In this document: in pieces, positions 18,823-27,902 of the stretch
Position numbering within the stretch: position 1 is the first letter of the stretch
Layout of the letters: each line of letters begins with the position of its first letter
NCBI GenBank assembly: GCA_040881805.1
Contig: JBBECL010000014.1
Coordinates: 2,805 to 44,445, forward strand
DNA: 41,641 bases
From: Terrimicrobiaceae bacterium
GTDB taxonomy: Bacteria > Verrucomicrobiota > Verrucomicrobiia > Chthoniobacterales > Terrimicrobiaceae
Direction of reading: 5' to 3'
The notes under the pieces: model-generated
What the model was told of the DNA's origin: nothing
The model's database searches: none
Seen by the model: only the letters and a program-made list of their open reading frames with translations
Made by a program: the position numbers and the translations under genes

Positions 18823-19851
18823 TCAGCTTTGTGGCGGCGGCGCGGGTGCCGCGGAATTCGGTTCAGAGTCGGGGCTGGCCCTGCCCGCATCCGGCGCGCC
18901 CAGCTCCTCGAGCTTTTGCATCACATAATAGCTTCTGGTGTCCCGTTTGTATCGTGAAGTGAACAGGGAATAATACTTTTTGGCTGTTTCGAGGTCGTTC
19001 AGTTCCTCTGCAAGAGCGGCAATGGTTACGAGAAGAGGTGCATCGAGTTGCTGCATGGGAAGCCCCTCCGCCTCCGCGGCGATGAGATACTCCATGGCGA
19101 GCTTTTTGTCCCCGCGCAGCTGATTCAGGGTTAGACCCATGTTTGAAAAAAATTCTCTTCGTCCAATGCTGGTTCTCAGTTGAGTTCCGTGAATGGCGAG
19201 TTTTTGAGCGGCCGCATTCAAGCTCTCGTGTGAGTCGGTTGAGTGGAGATCGATAAGCACCAGGCGGGACGCGGCCAACTCGGCCAGGGGGTCGCCCTGC
19301 CCATCGGCAAGAAGGCCTTCATAGATCTCCCTCGCTTTCTGCGGATCTTGGGGGCTTGCGTGAAATTCGAAAAGCCTGGCGAGGTGCAATCTCGCGGCCA
19401 ATCCAGCAGAATCCTTGGGGTTCCCGGAGATGAGTTCTTCAAAAATTGCCTTTGCCCTCTCAATATTACCCTGAGTTCGTGGCTGAATGGTCAAAAGCGT
19501 TGCCCCTTCCCCGAGACGGTTGGCACGGAACTCCTCGCCCTGGCTTGATTTTGCGGCGATGGCAAAATTTTGATTTGCTTCATCAAAAAGAAAAACGGTG
19601 GCTTTTTGCCAGTTCTCCACACTGCCGGTCGGGGCATTCAGGGCATCGGGAGATACATCCCCAGCCCCGCCAGCTTCGGCAAAAAGATCTCCCCCCGGAC
19701 TGAGAGCAAGGATCGCACCGCAAAGCACGCTTCGGCTAAGCCCCAACGCGAAAGCCACCGGGGCGTTTGGGATCTTCCAGCCGCAAATTACCCCTTCCAA
19801 CCCTCGACAGAGCATGGGATTGGATGGATTTGGCTCGGGGGTTGAACTCAT
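18823..19851 (-). CDS. Hypothetical TPR-like helical-repeat protein with proline-rich C-terminus
   Basis: Coding-like ORF co-oriented with and 14 bp upstream of the SBP gene. Helical repeats (AKAIFEELISGNP, AREIYEGLLADGQGDP, ETAKKYYSLFTSRY). No family recognised. Confidence 0.55.
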   Translation of the reverse strand: MSSTPEPNPSNPMLCRGLEGVICGWKIPNAPVAFALGLSRSVLCGAILALSPGGDLFAEAGGAGDVSPDALNAPTGSVENWQKATVFLFDEANQNFAIAAKSSQGEEFRANRLGEGATLLTIQPRTQGNIERAKAIFEELISGNPKDSAGLAARLHLARLFEFHASPQDPQKAREIYEGLLADGQGDPLAELAASRLVLIDLHSTDSHESLNAAAQKLAIHGTQLRTSIGRREFFSNMGLTLNQLRGDKKLAMEYLIAAEAEGLPMQQLDAPLLVTIAALAEELNDLETAKKYYSLFTSRYKRDTRSYYVMQKLEELGAPDAGRASPDSEPNSAAPAPPPQS

Positions 19852-19942
19852 GGGGAATAGGAAAGTTAGGAATGGAAGCCAACAACTTCAAGGCAATTGG
19901 CTCGAAAGCGATGAATTCCCATTCGAGGCGTGCCGCCCCCCC

Positions 19943-20791
19943 TTACAGCAATTCTTCCACAAACCGATCGGCTTGGAATTCCTGAAAATCTTGCGGCTGC
20001 TCCCCGGTGCCAATGAAGCGTGTGGGAATGCCCAACTCGGCGGCAATGGCGACAGCGACCCCGCCTTTGCCACTGCCATCAAGTTTGGTGAGAATGACGC
20101 CTGTGAGGCCTGCGGCGGCATGAAACTCGCGGGCTTGAACAACCGCGTTCGAGCCGGTGGTGGCATCCACAACAAGCAAACATTCGTGAGGTGCCTGGGG
20201 ATCATGCTTCGCGAGGGTGCGTTTCACTTTTGAGAGCTCCTGCATGAGGTTGTCTTTGGTGTGCAGACGCCCGGCGGTGTCGCACAAGACAAACTCGATG
20301 TTCCGGCGTCTGGCGCTGCTCCACGCATCGTAGCAGAGCGCGGCAGGGTCTCCGCCATATTGGCCCTTCACCACTTCAACGTTCAGTCGGTTTCCCCAAG
20401 ACTCCAATTGCTCAATGGCCGCAGCGCGAAAAGTGTCCGCAGCCACAAGCAAACAGGAGTGTCTCTTTTTGATGAGCCACGAGGCAAACTTGGCGGTCGA
20501 GGTGGTTTTGCCCGTGCCATTGACTCCCACCACCAAAATGGCTTTGGGAAGGGCCGGAAGGGGTCTCAAGGGTGGCGGGGGCGGCGGAAAAACTCTCAGA
20601 ATTTCCTCTTTCGCCACGGACACCGCAGTGTCCGCATCCAAGGTGCCGGGACGCTCCCTCAGAGACTCAAGAATTTTTAGCGTCATGGGCACACCCAGAT
20701 CGGCCCGCAAAAGCATCTCTTCCAGTTCATCCCAATCCACGGGTCGTCCCCGGAACCGTTCAACCAGTGAGCGAAAAAAACCGGAGGCCAT
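19943..20791 (-). CDS. ftsY: Signal recognition particle receptor FtsY (short, NG-domain form)
   Basis: [42 protein letters not shown]. Confidence 0.93.
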   Translation of the reverse strand: MASGFFRSLVERFRGRPVDWDELEEMLLRADLGVPMTLKILESLRERPGTLDADTAVSVAKEEILRVFPPPPPPLRPLPALPKAILVVGVNGTGKTTSTAKFASWLIKKRHSCLLVAADTFRAAAIEQLESWGNRLNVEVVKGQYGGDPAALCYDAWSSARRRNIEFVLCDTAGRLHTKDNLMQELSKVKRTLAKHDPQAPHECLLVVDATTGSNAVVQAREFHAAAGLTGVILTKLDGSGKGGVAVAIAAELGIPTRFIGTGEQPQDFQEFQADRFVEELL

Positions 20792-21216
20792 CAGTTCTCC
20801 TGAGGGGCCGTGCGGGAGGGGCGCCCCAAGCCGCTGCGAATTTTATCAAGGATTCCGTTCACAAAACGCCCGGAATCCTCGGTGCTGTATTTTTTGGCGA
20901 TTTCAATGGCCTCGTTGATGGCAACGATGGGAGGCGTCTGCTGACAGTGTAGCATTTCATAAACGGCCACGCGGAGGATGTTTCGGTCCACGGCGGAGAT
21001 CCGATGAAACTCGTAGTTGCGGGCATGGGTCCGAATCATTTCATCAATCGCGGACGAATGCCCGGCCAGGCCTTCCAACAACTCCTCTGAGAACCGGCGG
21101 GCGCTGGGGCTGATGCCCCGCATTTTGTAATACGTTTCCCTGTCACTCCCTTGGTTGATATCCAATTGATACAAATACTGTGCAGCCGCCTCGCGACCTT
21201 CTCTTCGGACTCCCAT
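20791..21216 (-). CDS. nusB: Transcription antitermination factor NusB
   Basis: REAAAQYLYQLD...RISAVDRNILRVAVYEM...PPIVAINEAIEIAKKYS...RFVNGILD. Classic ribH-nusB adjacency. Confidence 0.9.
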   Translation of the reverse strand: MGVRREGREAAAQYLYQLDINQGSDRETYYKMRGISPSARRFSEELLEGLAGHSSAIDEMIRTHARNYEFHRISAVDRNILRVAVYEMLHCQQTPPIVAINEAIEIAKKYSTEDSGRFVNGILDKIRSGLGRPSRTAPQEN

Positions 21217-21225
21217 AAATTCCCT

Positions 21226-21675
21226 TTATTTGGCGAGGATTTCCCTGGCACTCCGGGTCACCGAAATGGCGGCTCTGGCGGCTTCCACACCCCGGTTTTT
21301 TTCCAACCCCACACACCGGTCATGCGCTTGTTCCGCAGAATTTAAAAGCAGGACGCCATTCAGCACAGGAACCCCGGTCTCAATGGCAATCGTCTGCAAG
21401 GCATTGGTGACGGATTGGGCGACCAAGGCCGCATGGACGGTTTCTCCTTCAAAAAGAACACCAAAGGCGATCACCGCATCAAACCGTCCCTGGCTGGCCA
21501 GAAGTTTGACAAGGACGGGAATCTCAAAGGAACCCGGAGCCCAAATCACGTGCATCGTGGCACCCTGCTCCAACGCGGCCAACTCCCGGCTGGCATGGTC
21601 CACAAGTGGCTGGGTGAATTGCAAATTGTATTGGCTGGCCACAATCGCATAGGTATAGCTCGCGCTGCGTGCCAT
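21226..21675 (-). CDS. ribH: 6,7-dimethyl-8-ribityllumazine synthase
   Basis: YAIVASQYNLQFTQPLVDHA...VIWAPGSFEIPV...DAVIAFGVLFEGETVHAALVAQSV...PVLNGVL. Probable start is ATG 21675 (MARSAS...); the longest ORF extends to 21735. Confidence 0.88.
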   Translation of the reverse strand: MARSASYTYAIVASQYNLQFTQPLVDHASRELAALEQGATMHVIWAPGSFEIPVLVKLLASQGRFDAVIAFGVLFEGETVHAALVAQSVTNALQTIAIETGVPVLNGVLLLNSAEQAHDRCVGLEKNRGVEAARAAISVTRSAREILAK

Positions 21676-21809
21676 CCGCGGCCGGAGAGGCGCCGATTTG
21701 AAGGGATGATCGGTTGGTGGACTTGGAAAATTCATGGAGAGTCATCCTGCACGTCTCCCGCCCCGGGCGCAAGGTGCGGTTTCTGGGATGGACAGGCCGG
21801 TGGTCGGAA

Positions 21810-22583
21810 TTAGTTGGCGGCTGCCACCTTCATTTCCGATTTCTGGAAGGCAGGCACAATTTCGCGAATGAAATCTTCCAACATCTTGGTGGTCTCCTCC
21901 GAGCTTCTTCCCCCCGGTCGAATGCTATCCTCCACCAATGCCGATATCAACACATACGCCCACCGGTGGTTCGTTTTGTGAAAGACACGGTCCCAGCTGG
22001 TTTTGAAGATCCGAACCTTGTGATCGGCCGTTGTGATATCTTTTCCCACAAACCAATAAATAAATTGCGAGCGGATTTGATGAAAAACGCCCGGCTGGAT
22101 TTCCACAGGTCGCGAAAGTTTGAGTTGCATCACATCCATGGTTTTTCCGCTGGCCAGCGTGATGGGGATCACATGGCCGGTACCGATGGTCCATCCTTGC
22201 GCGGGCAGGCAGATTTCCGGGCGGTGAATGCTTCGCTTTTCGCCACCACTCAAAACAATCGAGGCCGTGATGGAATCGCCTTTGATGTTTTCGTAACGCA
22301 TTCTCAAGATTTCGGTATCCCCGGGCAAAATTTTTCGCTCGGCTTCGGACGCCTCCTCCTCGGTGCCATAAAAGTTTCCAATTTGGCGGGGAAGCGACAT
22401 TTGCACGCCGGGTTCCGCCACGGTGTTGAGTTCCGAGGCGTTGGTGCAGAACCAGAGGGTTGCTCCGATGACGGCAGCAACGGCGGCCAGTTTGATAAAA
22501 AATACGCCAGAGATCTTTGGGGGGGCGACGTGTTCTCCTTGCGGCGAACCGGTGGGTGCAGGTGGTTTTGTTTCAAGACTCAT
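21810..22583 (-). CDS. EpsI family exosortase-associated protein
   Basis: Single N-terminal TM, then EpsI signature IHRPEICLPAQGW and tail FIYWFVGKD...HRWAYVLISA. Lies 15 bp downstream of the exosortase gene. Confidence 0.8.
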   Translation of the reverse strand: MSLETKPPAPTGSPQGEHVAPPKISGVFFIKLAAVAAVIGATLWFCTNASELNTVAEPGVQMSLPRQIGNFYGTEEEASEAERKILPGDTEILRMRYENIKGDSITASIVLSGGEKRSIHRPEICLPAQGWTIGTGHVIPITLASGKTMDVMQLKLSRPVEIQPGVFHQIRSQFIYWFVGKDITTADHKVRIFKTSWDRVFHKTNHRWAYVLISALVEDSIRPGGRSSEETTKMLEDFIREIVPAFQKSEMKVAAAN

Positions 22584-22598
22584 AGGACTGATCGTTTG

Positions 22599-23639
22599 TT
22601 AATACGCATCTTCGCTCGGAACTTGGCGGGTTTCAACCCGGGGAGTGGATTTTGGTGGCTGAATTTTTGGAAGGCTTGAAGCCGCTTTTCTCCAATCAAG
22701 GTTCAGAAGTTTGGCCACACCAAGCATGCCACCAATGGCGACGGCAAACACCAGATAACCCGACAGCATGTGAAAGAAGCTCGGATTTTCCAAAGTCCCG
22801 ATGGCCGTCCCGGGCCCCATGGCAATGGTTCCGAAGGTCAGCATCAGGATTCGAAAGAGATTGCCCAACACGGCAAGGGGCATGGACGCAATGAATAGGA
22901 TCCATTTTTTCCACCAGCCCTTGAGGGCAAAATGCCCGTAGAGCGCAGAGACCATCATCAACGCAAACAGGGACCGGATCCCGCTGCACGGATCGGCCAC
23001 ATCCACGGAAAAAAGCTTCCCGATCGGGCGACCAATGATGGGATCGGGCGCCGAAAGAATCGCCGTGCCGCTCAGCGTGGAGGCCACGCCAATGCCATTC
23101 AGCACAATCACACTGGCTTTGGACATCACTCCCCTCAGCGGGAAAGCCAGAAGGTTGTCCAAAAAGAGCAGCGGCCACATGAAGCCGAGGAAGAGCCAGG
23201 GAAAGGCCAGGGCTTTCATCCATGCCCATCCAAAAAACAAAAGAATCAAGCCGGCCAGCACCAGTTGGGCGCTGATGTAGCCCAGGTAAACAATGTCGGC
23301 AAGGTAACCAAACCAATAAAATCCAAGACCCAGAATCACCACCGGCAGGCCCACCCACGTTCCCAACACCGGAAGTGTGGCCAGACGTTTTCGATCAAGA
23401 TAAATGATAAATCCCGCCGCAAAAGGCACAAGAAAGCAATGCTGCCAGTCCTCCAGCTTCCACAGCCCCGAGGCAAACTCAAAAACAGGGACCCGCAGCT
23501 CATTGTAACCCGCCGAGTAGGCCACCCAGCCAAACAGCACAAAAACGATCACGGCAATCGTGATCGTTGGCAACACGATTGGCCAGAAAATGAGAGACCG
23601 GTTGGCGGAAGGAGCGGACACGGGCCGAAGATCACTCAT
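22599..23639 (-). CDS. Exosortase family protein (Xrt; subtype not assigned)
   Basis: Polytopic membrane protein with the exosortase catalytic-Cys motif VADPCSGIRSLFALMMVS and a downstream conserved region LGNLFRILMLT. Confidence 0.82.
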   Translation of the reverse strand: MSDLRPVSAPSANRSLIFWPIVLPTITIAVIVFVLFGWVAYSAGYNELRVPVFEFASGLWKLEDWQHCFLVPFAAGFIIYLDRKRLATLPVLGTWVGLPVVILGLGFYWFGYLADIVYLGYISAQLVLAGLILLFFGWAWMKALAFPWLFLGFMWPLLFLDNLLAFPLRGVMSKASVIVLNGIGVASTLSGTAILSAPDPIIGRPIGKLFSVDVADPCSGIRSLFALMMVSALYGHFALKGWWKKWILFIASMPLAVLGNLFRILMLTFGTIAMGPGTAIGTLENPSFFHMLSGYLVFAVAIGGMLGVAKLLNLDWRKAASSLPKIQPPKSTPRVETRQVPSEDAY

Positions 23640-23686
23640 ACCACGTCAAAGTGCAACCCTGCGTTGAACTCCCCTGATCCGGGGGT

Positions 23687-24109
23687 TCAACTGAAGGTGA
23701 GGTTTTTGACGCCGGCAGCCGCCGCGGCGTTCAACACATCCATGATTCGCTCATGCTTGGTTTGCGGATCCGGCCGGATGATCACCGGGTCCTTGTCTCC
23801 AAACTTGTCAATGGTGTCCTTCAGCCACGCCCGCAATTCCGGCAGGTCTTTGTTGGCTGGATTGTCATAGACCCGGTTGTTGAGTTGGACTTGGCCATCC
23901 GGGAAAATGTCGATGATGATGGGCGTGGACGGAGTTCCCGGTTGCGCATTGCTGGAGCGTCCGCTGGGAAGGTTGATGTTCAGTTCCTTCTCCACGATTT
24001 GGGAACCGGCCGAAGCCATAAAAAACAGGAGAAGCACAAACACCACGTCCACCATGGGCGCGATTTGGAATCCCGCATCTCCGTCTTCTGATACTCCACC
24101 ACTTGCCAT
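23687..24109 (-). CDS. exbD: ExbD/TolR family biopolymer transport protein
   Basis: FQIAPMVDVVFVLLLFFM TM motif with the conserved Asp; C-terminal periplasmic domain (IRPDPQTKHERIMDVLNAAAAAGVKNLTF). Confidence 0.88.
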   Translation of the reverse strand: MASGGVSEDGDAGFQIAPMVDVVFVLLLFFMASAGSQIVEKELNINLPSGRSSNAQPGTPSTPIIIDIFPDGQVQLNNRVYDNPANKDLPELRAWLKDTIDKFGDKDPVIIRPDPQTKHERIMDVLNAAAAAGVKNLTFS

Positions 24110-24129
24110 AATCTTGTTTTTGTTGAGGG

Positions 24130-24621
24130 TTAAGCCGCTGGAGGGGGAACCGCATTCGGGTCTTTGTCCACCACGGAGAACGTCACATTGCCAACGCCGG
24201 CTTTGCCGACAGATTCCAAAATACTGCGAAGAAATTCATAGCGCACTTCGCGGTCGGCCCGCACAACCACACGAACCATGGGGTTGGCTTTGACCTTGGC
24301 GTCCAGCAGGGCAATCATATCAGCGGGTCCGGGGAATTCCCGCGCATCAATCTCAATCACGGTGGAGTTGTTGATGGCGTTGTGGGCGACGTTGATGATC
24401 ACCTGCCCCGGATTTTCCTTGGCTTCTTTGGCCTCCTTGGCCACCGGCAGGTTGATCTCTTTGTTGGATTGCAACACCTCGGTGGTGCTGATCGACATGA
24501 AGAACACCAGAAGCACCAACAAAATATCGATCATTGGCGCAATTTGAAACTCCGGCTCGATTTCCGGGTCCTCTTTGCGCAGGCGCCGGTTTTTGTGTCG
24601 TGGACTGTGGGATTCAGACAT
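24130..24621 (-). CDS. exbD: ExbD/TolR family biopolymer transport protein
   Basis: FQIAPMIDILLVLLVFFM; VRADREVRYEFLRSILESVGKAGVGNVTFSV. Confidence 0.88.
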   Translation of the reverse strand: MSESHSPRHKNRRLRKEDPEIEPEFQIAPMIDILLVLLVFFMSISTTEVLQSNKEINLPVAKEAKEAKENPGQVIINVAHNAINNSTVIEIDAREFPGPADMIALLDAKVKANPMVRVVVRADREVRYEFLRSILESVGKAGVGNVTFSVVDKDPNAVPPPAA

Positions 24622-24662
24622 GGAGTGCGAGGGGGCTTGGCGGGACGCCGGGGATCAAAGGA

Positions 24663-25556
24663 TCAAGCCCAGTCCAGGGTGGCTCCGCAGTGAGGGCAGG
24701 GATTCTGGCCGGGTTGGATCACTCCATTGCAGACCGGGCAGTTGGTGGTGAGCGTCTTGGAGACGCGGTGCGAAGTGGAGGCTCCAACCGTTGGTGCTCC
24801 CGCTCCGGCTTCGAAGTTATCGCCGATGCGGATCCCGCTCAATTCCTCGAAAGGGATGTCTTCCATCAAGCGGTTCAATTTCTGATCCGCCGTGACAACC
24901 ACCAGGTTGGCGCGGTTCCGGAAGTAGTAATAGAAAATGAAGGCGGGAATCGCAATGAAGAGACCGCTGGCCGTGGCCATGAGCACCTCACCAATACGAA
25001 GGGCCAGCGCGCGGGGATCGGAAACGCCGCTGGATCCCAACACCGCAAAGGCCCCCATCATTCCAATAACCGTTCCCAACAGCCCGATCATCGGTGCCAC
25101 CACCCCGATCACGGAGAGGTAACTGTTTTTTGTTCTCAAAATTCCTGATTCGCGGACTCCATATTCCACCAAAGCGATCTCGGTTGCATCTTTGCCGCGA
25201 CCGATCCGTTCGAGGGCACCTTGCAACACTTGAGCCACATACGACTTGTTGACCCGGCAGACTTCCCAGGCCTCTTGGTAGTTGCCGGCGGAAATGGTCG
25301 AGGCCAGGGATTCCACAAGGGACTTGGGTGCCAGGGACTCATCTCTGAGATTGAGAAACAACTGGATGATAAATGTCACCATGATGGTGGATGTGGCCAG
25401 AATACATATCCAGATGAAGATGATCAGCGGACCACCATCCAGAATCATTTGGAGGATGCTGTGATCTTCGCCCTCCGCTGCCGAAGCGAGCGGGAGATGG
25501 CAGATCAGGAGGAGGACAGCGAGGAGGGATGTTGGGGCGAGCTTACGGTTCTTCAT
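24663..25556 (-). CDS. exbB: MotA/TolQ/ExbB proton-channel protein with C-terminal CxxC-x10-CxxC zinc-ribbon extension
   Basis: Core motif LSVIGVVAPMIGLLGTVIGMMGAF...EVLMATASGLFIAIPAFIFYYYF. The C-terminal 80 aa end in CPVCNGVIQPGQNPCPHCGATLDWA. Confidence 0.88.
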   Translation of the reverse strand: MKNRKLAPTSLLAVLLLICHLPLASAAEGEDHSILQMILDGGPLIIFIWICILATSTIMVTFIIQLFLNLRDESLAPKSLVESLASTISAGNYQEAWEVCRVNKSYVAQVLQGALERIGRGKDATEIALVEYGVRESGILRTKNSYLSVIGVVAPMIGLLGTVIGMMGAFAVLGSSGVSDPRALALRIGEVLMATASGLFIAIPAFIFYYYFRNRANLVVVTADQKLNRLMEDIPFEELSGIRIGDNFEAGAGAPTVGASTSHRVSKTLTTNCPVCNGVIQPGQNPCPHCGATLDWA

Positions 25557-25608
25557 GAAATAAAGAGTTGAGGTTAGGGGATTTTTGAGCGGTGATCAAG
25601 CTCCGGCA

Positions 25609-26370
25609 TCAAGGCACCGAAACATTTTTTTCTTTGATCAGGGAATCTGCACGCGCTTGGGCGCGGGCCACGACGGCAGGGTCTTCATAAAATACGGTCA
25701 CGGCAAGCAAGTAATGTTCGAGAGCCTCGGGGAACTTGCCGTCATTTTCCAGAACATTTCCCATCAGGTAAAAAGCCTGTCCGTATTCCGAGCTTTTGCC
25801 ACTCTCTGCAAGAAGGGTCTTCTTTCCGGCATCCACGATGGGGGTTAATTTGGTATTGGCCGTGGCAAAATCCTTTTTTTCTACAGCCAACCGTGCCAGT
25901 CCGATGTCGGCCAGACCGGTGGCCTGGGGGTAGGCTTTCTGGAAGGCGGCGAAGGCCGCTTCCGCGCCGGGCAGGTCCCCCGATTCCAGCAGAACGCTGC
26001 CAAGGAGCGCGGAGGCCCGTTCTGCCCAGGGGGCCGGCAAGCTCCGGAAATTTTCCACCAGAGGTTTCAGCAAGGGCAAGGTTTTTGCGGCATCCCCGGT
26101 CTTCCAGACTTCGACCGCATCCTCAAAAGCCTTGGGGGCCTGCATCCGGACGCTGGCCACCTGATCAAGAGGAAGGGTGGTTTCCGCCGGTCCCGCCTTG
26201 AAACGCACGCGACCATCGGACACACCAAGGACTTGAACGTCCCGGCGTTGACCATTCTTCAAAACCAAAACATCCTGCGCCCACGCGGAGAGGGACGTGG
26301 TGACGAGGAGGAAACAGAGGACATATTGGAAAGGTCGAGGGGACACGCTTGCATTCATGAGGAGACTCAT
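25609..26370 (-). CDS. Secreted TPR-repeat protein (first gene of the ExbB/ExbD cluster)
   Basis: Signal peptide ...FLLVTTSLSAWAQ. TPR-like helices (AEAAFAAFQKAYPQ, ATANTKLTPIVD, AFYLMGNVLENDGKFPEALEHYL). Confidence 0.7.
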   Translation of the reverse strand: MSLLMNASVSPRPFQYVLCFLLVTTSLSAWAQDVLVLKNGQRRDVQVLGVSDGRVRFKAGPAETTLPLDQVASVRMQAPKAFEDAVEVWKTGDAAKTLPLLKPLVENFRSLPAPWAERASALLGSVLLESGDLPGAEAAFAAFQKAYPQATGLADIGLARLAVEKKDFATANTKLTPIVDAGKKTLLAESGKSSEYGQAFYLMGNVLENDGKFPEALEHYLLAVTVFYEDPAVVARAQARADSLIKEKNVSVP

Positions 26371-26417
26371 TTAATCAAAACTCTCGCCCAAATCAACTGT
26401 TTCGCAAATTTTCACCC

Positions 26418-27365
26418 ATGTTATACACCATTCGCAAAAATCAGAAAGGCCTCATGATCGTTGTGGCCGTCCTCACCATCTTCGCTTTCGCCTGGCTTTA
26501 CAGCCCCTCCGACATCGCGGATTTTGGGTCAAATATTTCGGCCAAAGTTTATGGAAAATCCCTCACCAAGGCCGATGTCGACCGCCAAGTCCGGTCCTAC
26601 CAATTGGCCATTGCCCTCGGTCAGCTTGATTTGGTGGGCGGATTGGGCGGCATGAGCGGCAACGAAGAGGCCGACGTTTCCGAATATGTTTGGAACACGT
26701 TGGTGCTCCGCCATGAGGCTGCCGCGCTGGGGATTGAACCCACGACCGAACAGGTCGCCGAGCGCGTAAGAACCCTTCCCGCGTTCCAGACGGACGGAAA
26801 TTTTGATCCCAAAAAATTTGAAACCTTCACGGCCGGCCAACTCGGACCCCGCGGCATGACAACCCTCACACTGGAAGAGGTCATCCGCGATGCCTTGCGC
26901 TTTGAGAAAGTCAAGGCTCTGGTGGCTTCCCCGGCCGCTCTCGAGGCCTCGGAAACCCAACGGGCACTCAGATTTTTTCAGAAGGCGGACTTGACGGTTT
27001 TAAAGTTCCCACTTGAGCCGGTGCTTGCGGAAATCACGGTCACGGAAGAAGAAGCCAGAACGTATCACTCCCAAAACGCCCGTCAATTTGTGGCCCCCGA
27101 GTCGATCACGGTGGAATCCGTCACCTTCTCCCTGCCAGCGGACCAAAAAGCCCTGGAAGGGAGAGAAAAAGTCGCGGCTCTCCAGGAGGTCGCTGCCCGG
27201 GCCGCCGCATTTGCCGAATTGGCAACTCCGGAAAATTTTGTCTCCTCGGCGAAAGACGCCGGGGTGGAGGTGAAAAACACCCCGTCTTTTCATCGCTCCA
27301 TCGCGACTTTCGCCTCCGGGCTTCCTCCCGCTGTGGCGCAAGGGGCTTTTCTTCTGACCGACTAG
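26418..27365 (+). CDS. PpiD/SurA-N-like periplasmic chaperone, N-terminal fragment (ends at in-frame TAG)
   Basis: PpiD-type N-terminus MLYTIRKNQKGLMIVVAVLTIFAFAWLY, then SurA_N-like helices. Same reading frame as 27366..27902, separated only by TAG 27363-27365. Confidence 0.7.
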   Translation: MLYTIRKNQKGLMIVVAVLTIFAFAWLYSPSDIADFGSNISAKVYGKSLTKADVDRQVRSYQLAIALGQLDLVGGLGGMSGNEEADVSEYVWNTLVLRHEAAALGIEPTTEQVAERVRTLPAFQTDGNFDPKKFETFTAGQLGPRGMTTLTLEEVIRDALRFEKVKALVASPAALEASETQRALRFFQKADLTVLKFPLEPVLAEITVTEEEARTYHSQNARQFVAPESITVESVTFSLPADQKALEGREKVAALQEVAARAAAFAELATPENFVSSAKDAGVEVKNTPSFHRSIATFASGLPPAVAQGAFLLTD

Positions 27366-27902
27366 GTGCCGATCAGCGATGTGGTCCAGGCCGATGATGA
27401 TTTTTTTGTTTACCGTGTGGTGAACCGATCCCCCGAGCGGGAATTGAGCTTCGAGGAATCCCGGGCCGTCGCCGAAGAACGCCTGCGTGCCGCTGGCGCG
27501 GAAAAAGTGCTGCGTCAACGCGCAGACGTCGCGCTTGGTAAAATCCGTGAGGGGATCCAGGCCGGGGCGTCTCCCGCCGAGGCTGCAACCACTGTGGGGG
27601 TGACGGTTGAGAAATTCGAAGCCGTGGATCCCTCGAACCCGCAGCTGCCGCAAGAGGTCCAATCGCTTTTCCGGGCCTCGATCCTGCTTGAGCCGGGGCA
27701 GATCTCGAATTTTCTGCCGACCCCCACCGGAGGCAGCGCCGTGGCGGTGACCCAGCGCATCGACAACCCGGACGCAGCACCCAACGAAAAAGAAATCGCC
27801 ACACAGATCCTCGACAACAAACGTGATCTGTTTTTTGCGGTCTGGTTGGATGCCCAGCGACGGGCGGCAAATATCACGCAACCTCGTCCGCGCGGCCAAT
27901 GA
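27366..27902 (+). CDS. PpiD-like chaperone, C-terminal fragment (GTG immediately after the TAG)
   Basis: Begins VPISDVVQADDDFFVYRVVNR, which resembles the end of a (degenerate) parvulin/PpiD domain and continues ...AFLLTD of the upstream ORF. Followed by a C-terminal chaperone-like helical region. Confidence 0.6.
   Translation: MPISDVVQADDDFFVYRVVNRSPERELSFEESRAVAEERLRAAGAEKVLRQRADVALGKIREGIQAGASPAEAATTVGVTVEKFEAVDPSNPQLPQEVQSLFRASILLEPGQISNFLPTPTGGSAVAVTQRIDNPDAAPNEKEIATQILDNKRDLFFAVWLDAQRRAANITQPRPRGQ

Noticed and set aside
21676-21809. Possible FMN riboswitch upstream of ribH
   Set aside because: The 134-nt leader (minus strand) shows none of the conserved FMN-element core sequences I can recall, and only a weak 5-bp stem.
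22518-22524. Shorter homopolymers: G7 in the EpsI gene, C7 at 19936-19942, C7 at 28253-28259
   Set aside because: Runs of 7 are unremarkable in GC-rich DNA and encode Pro/Gly stretches. Only the G9 tract at 5153-5161 was retained.
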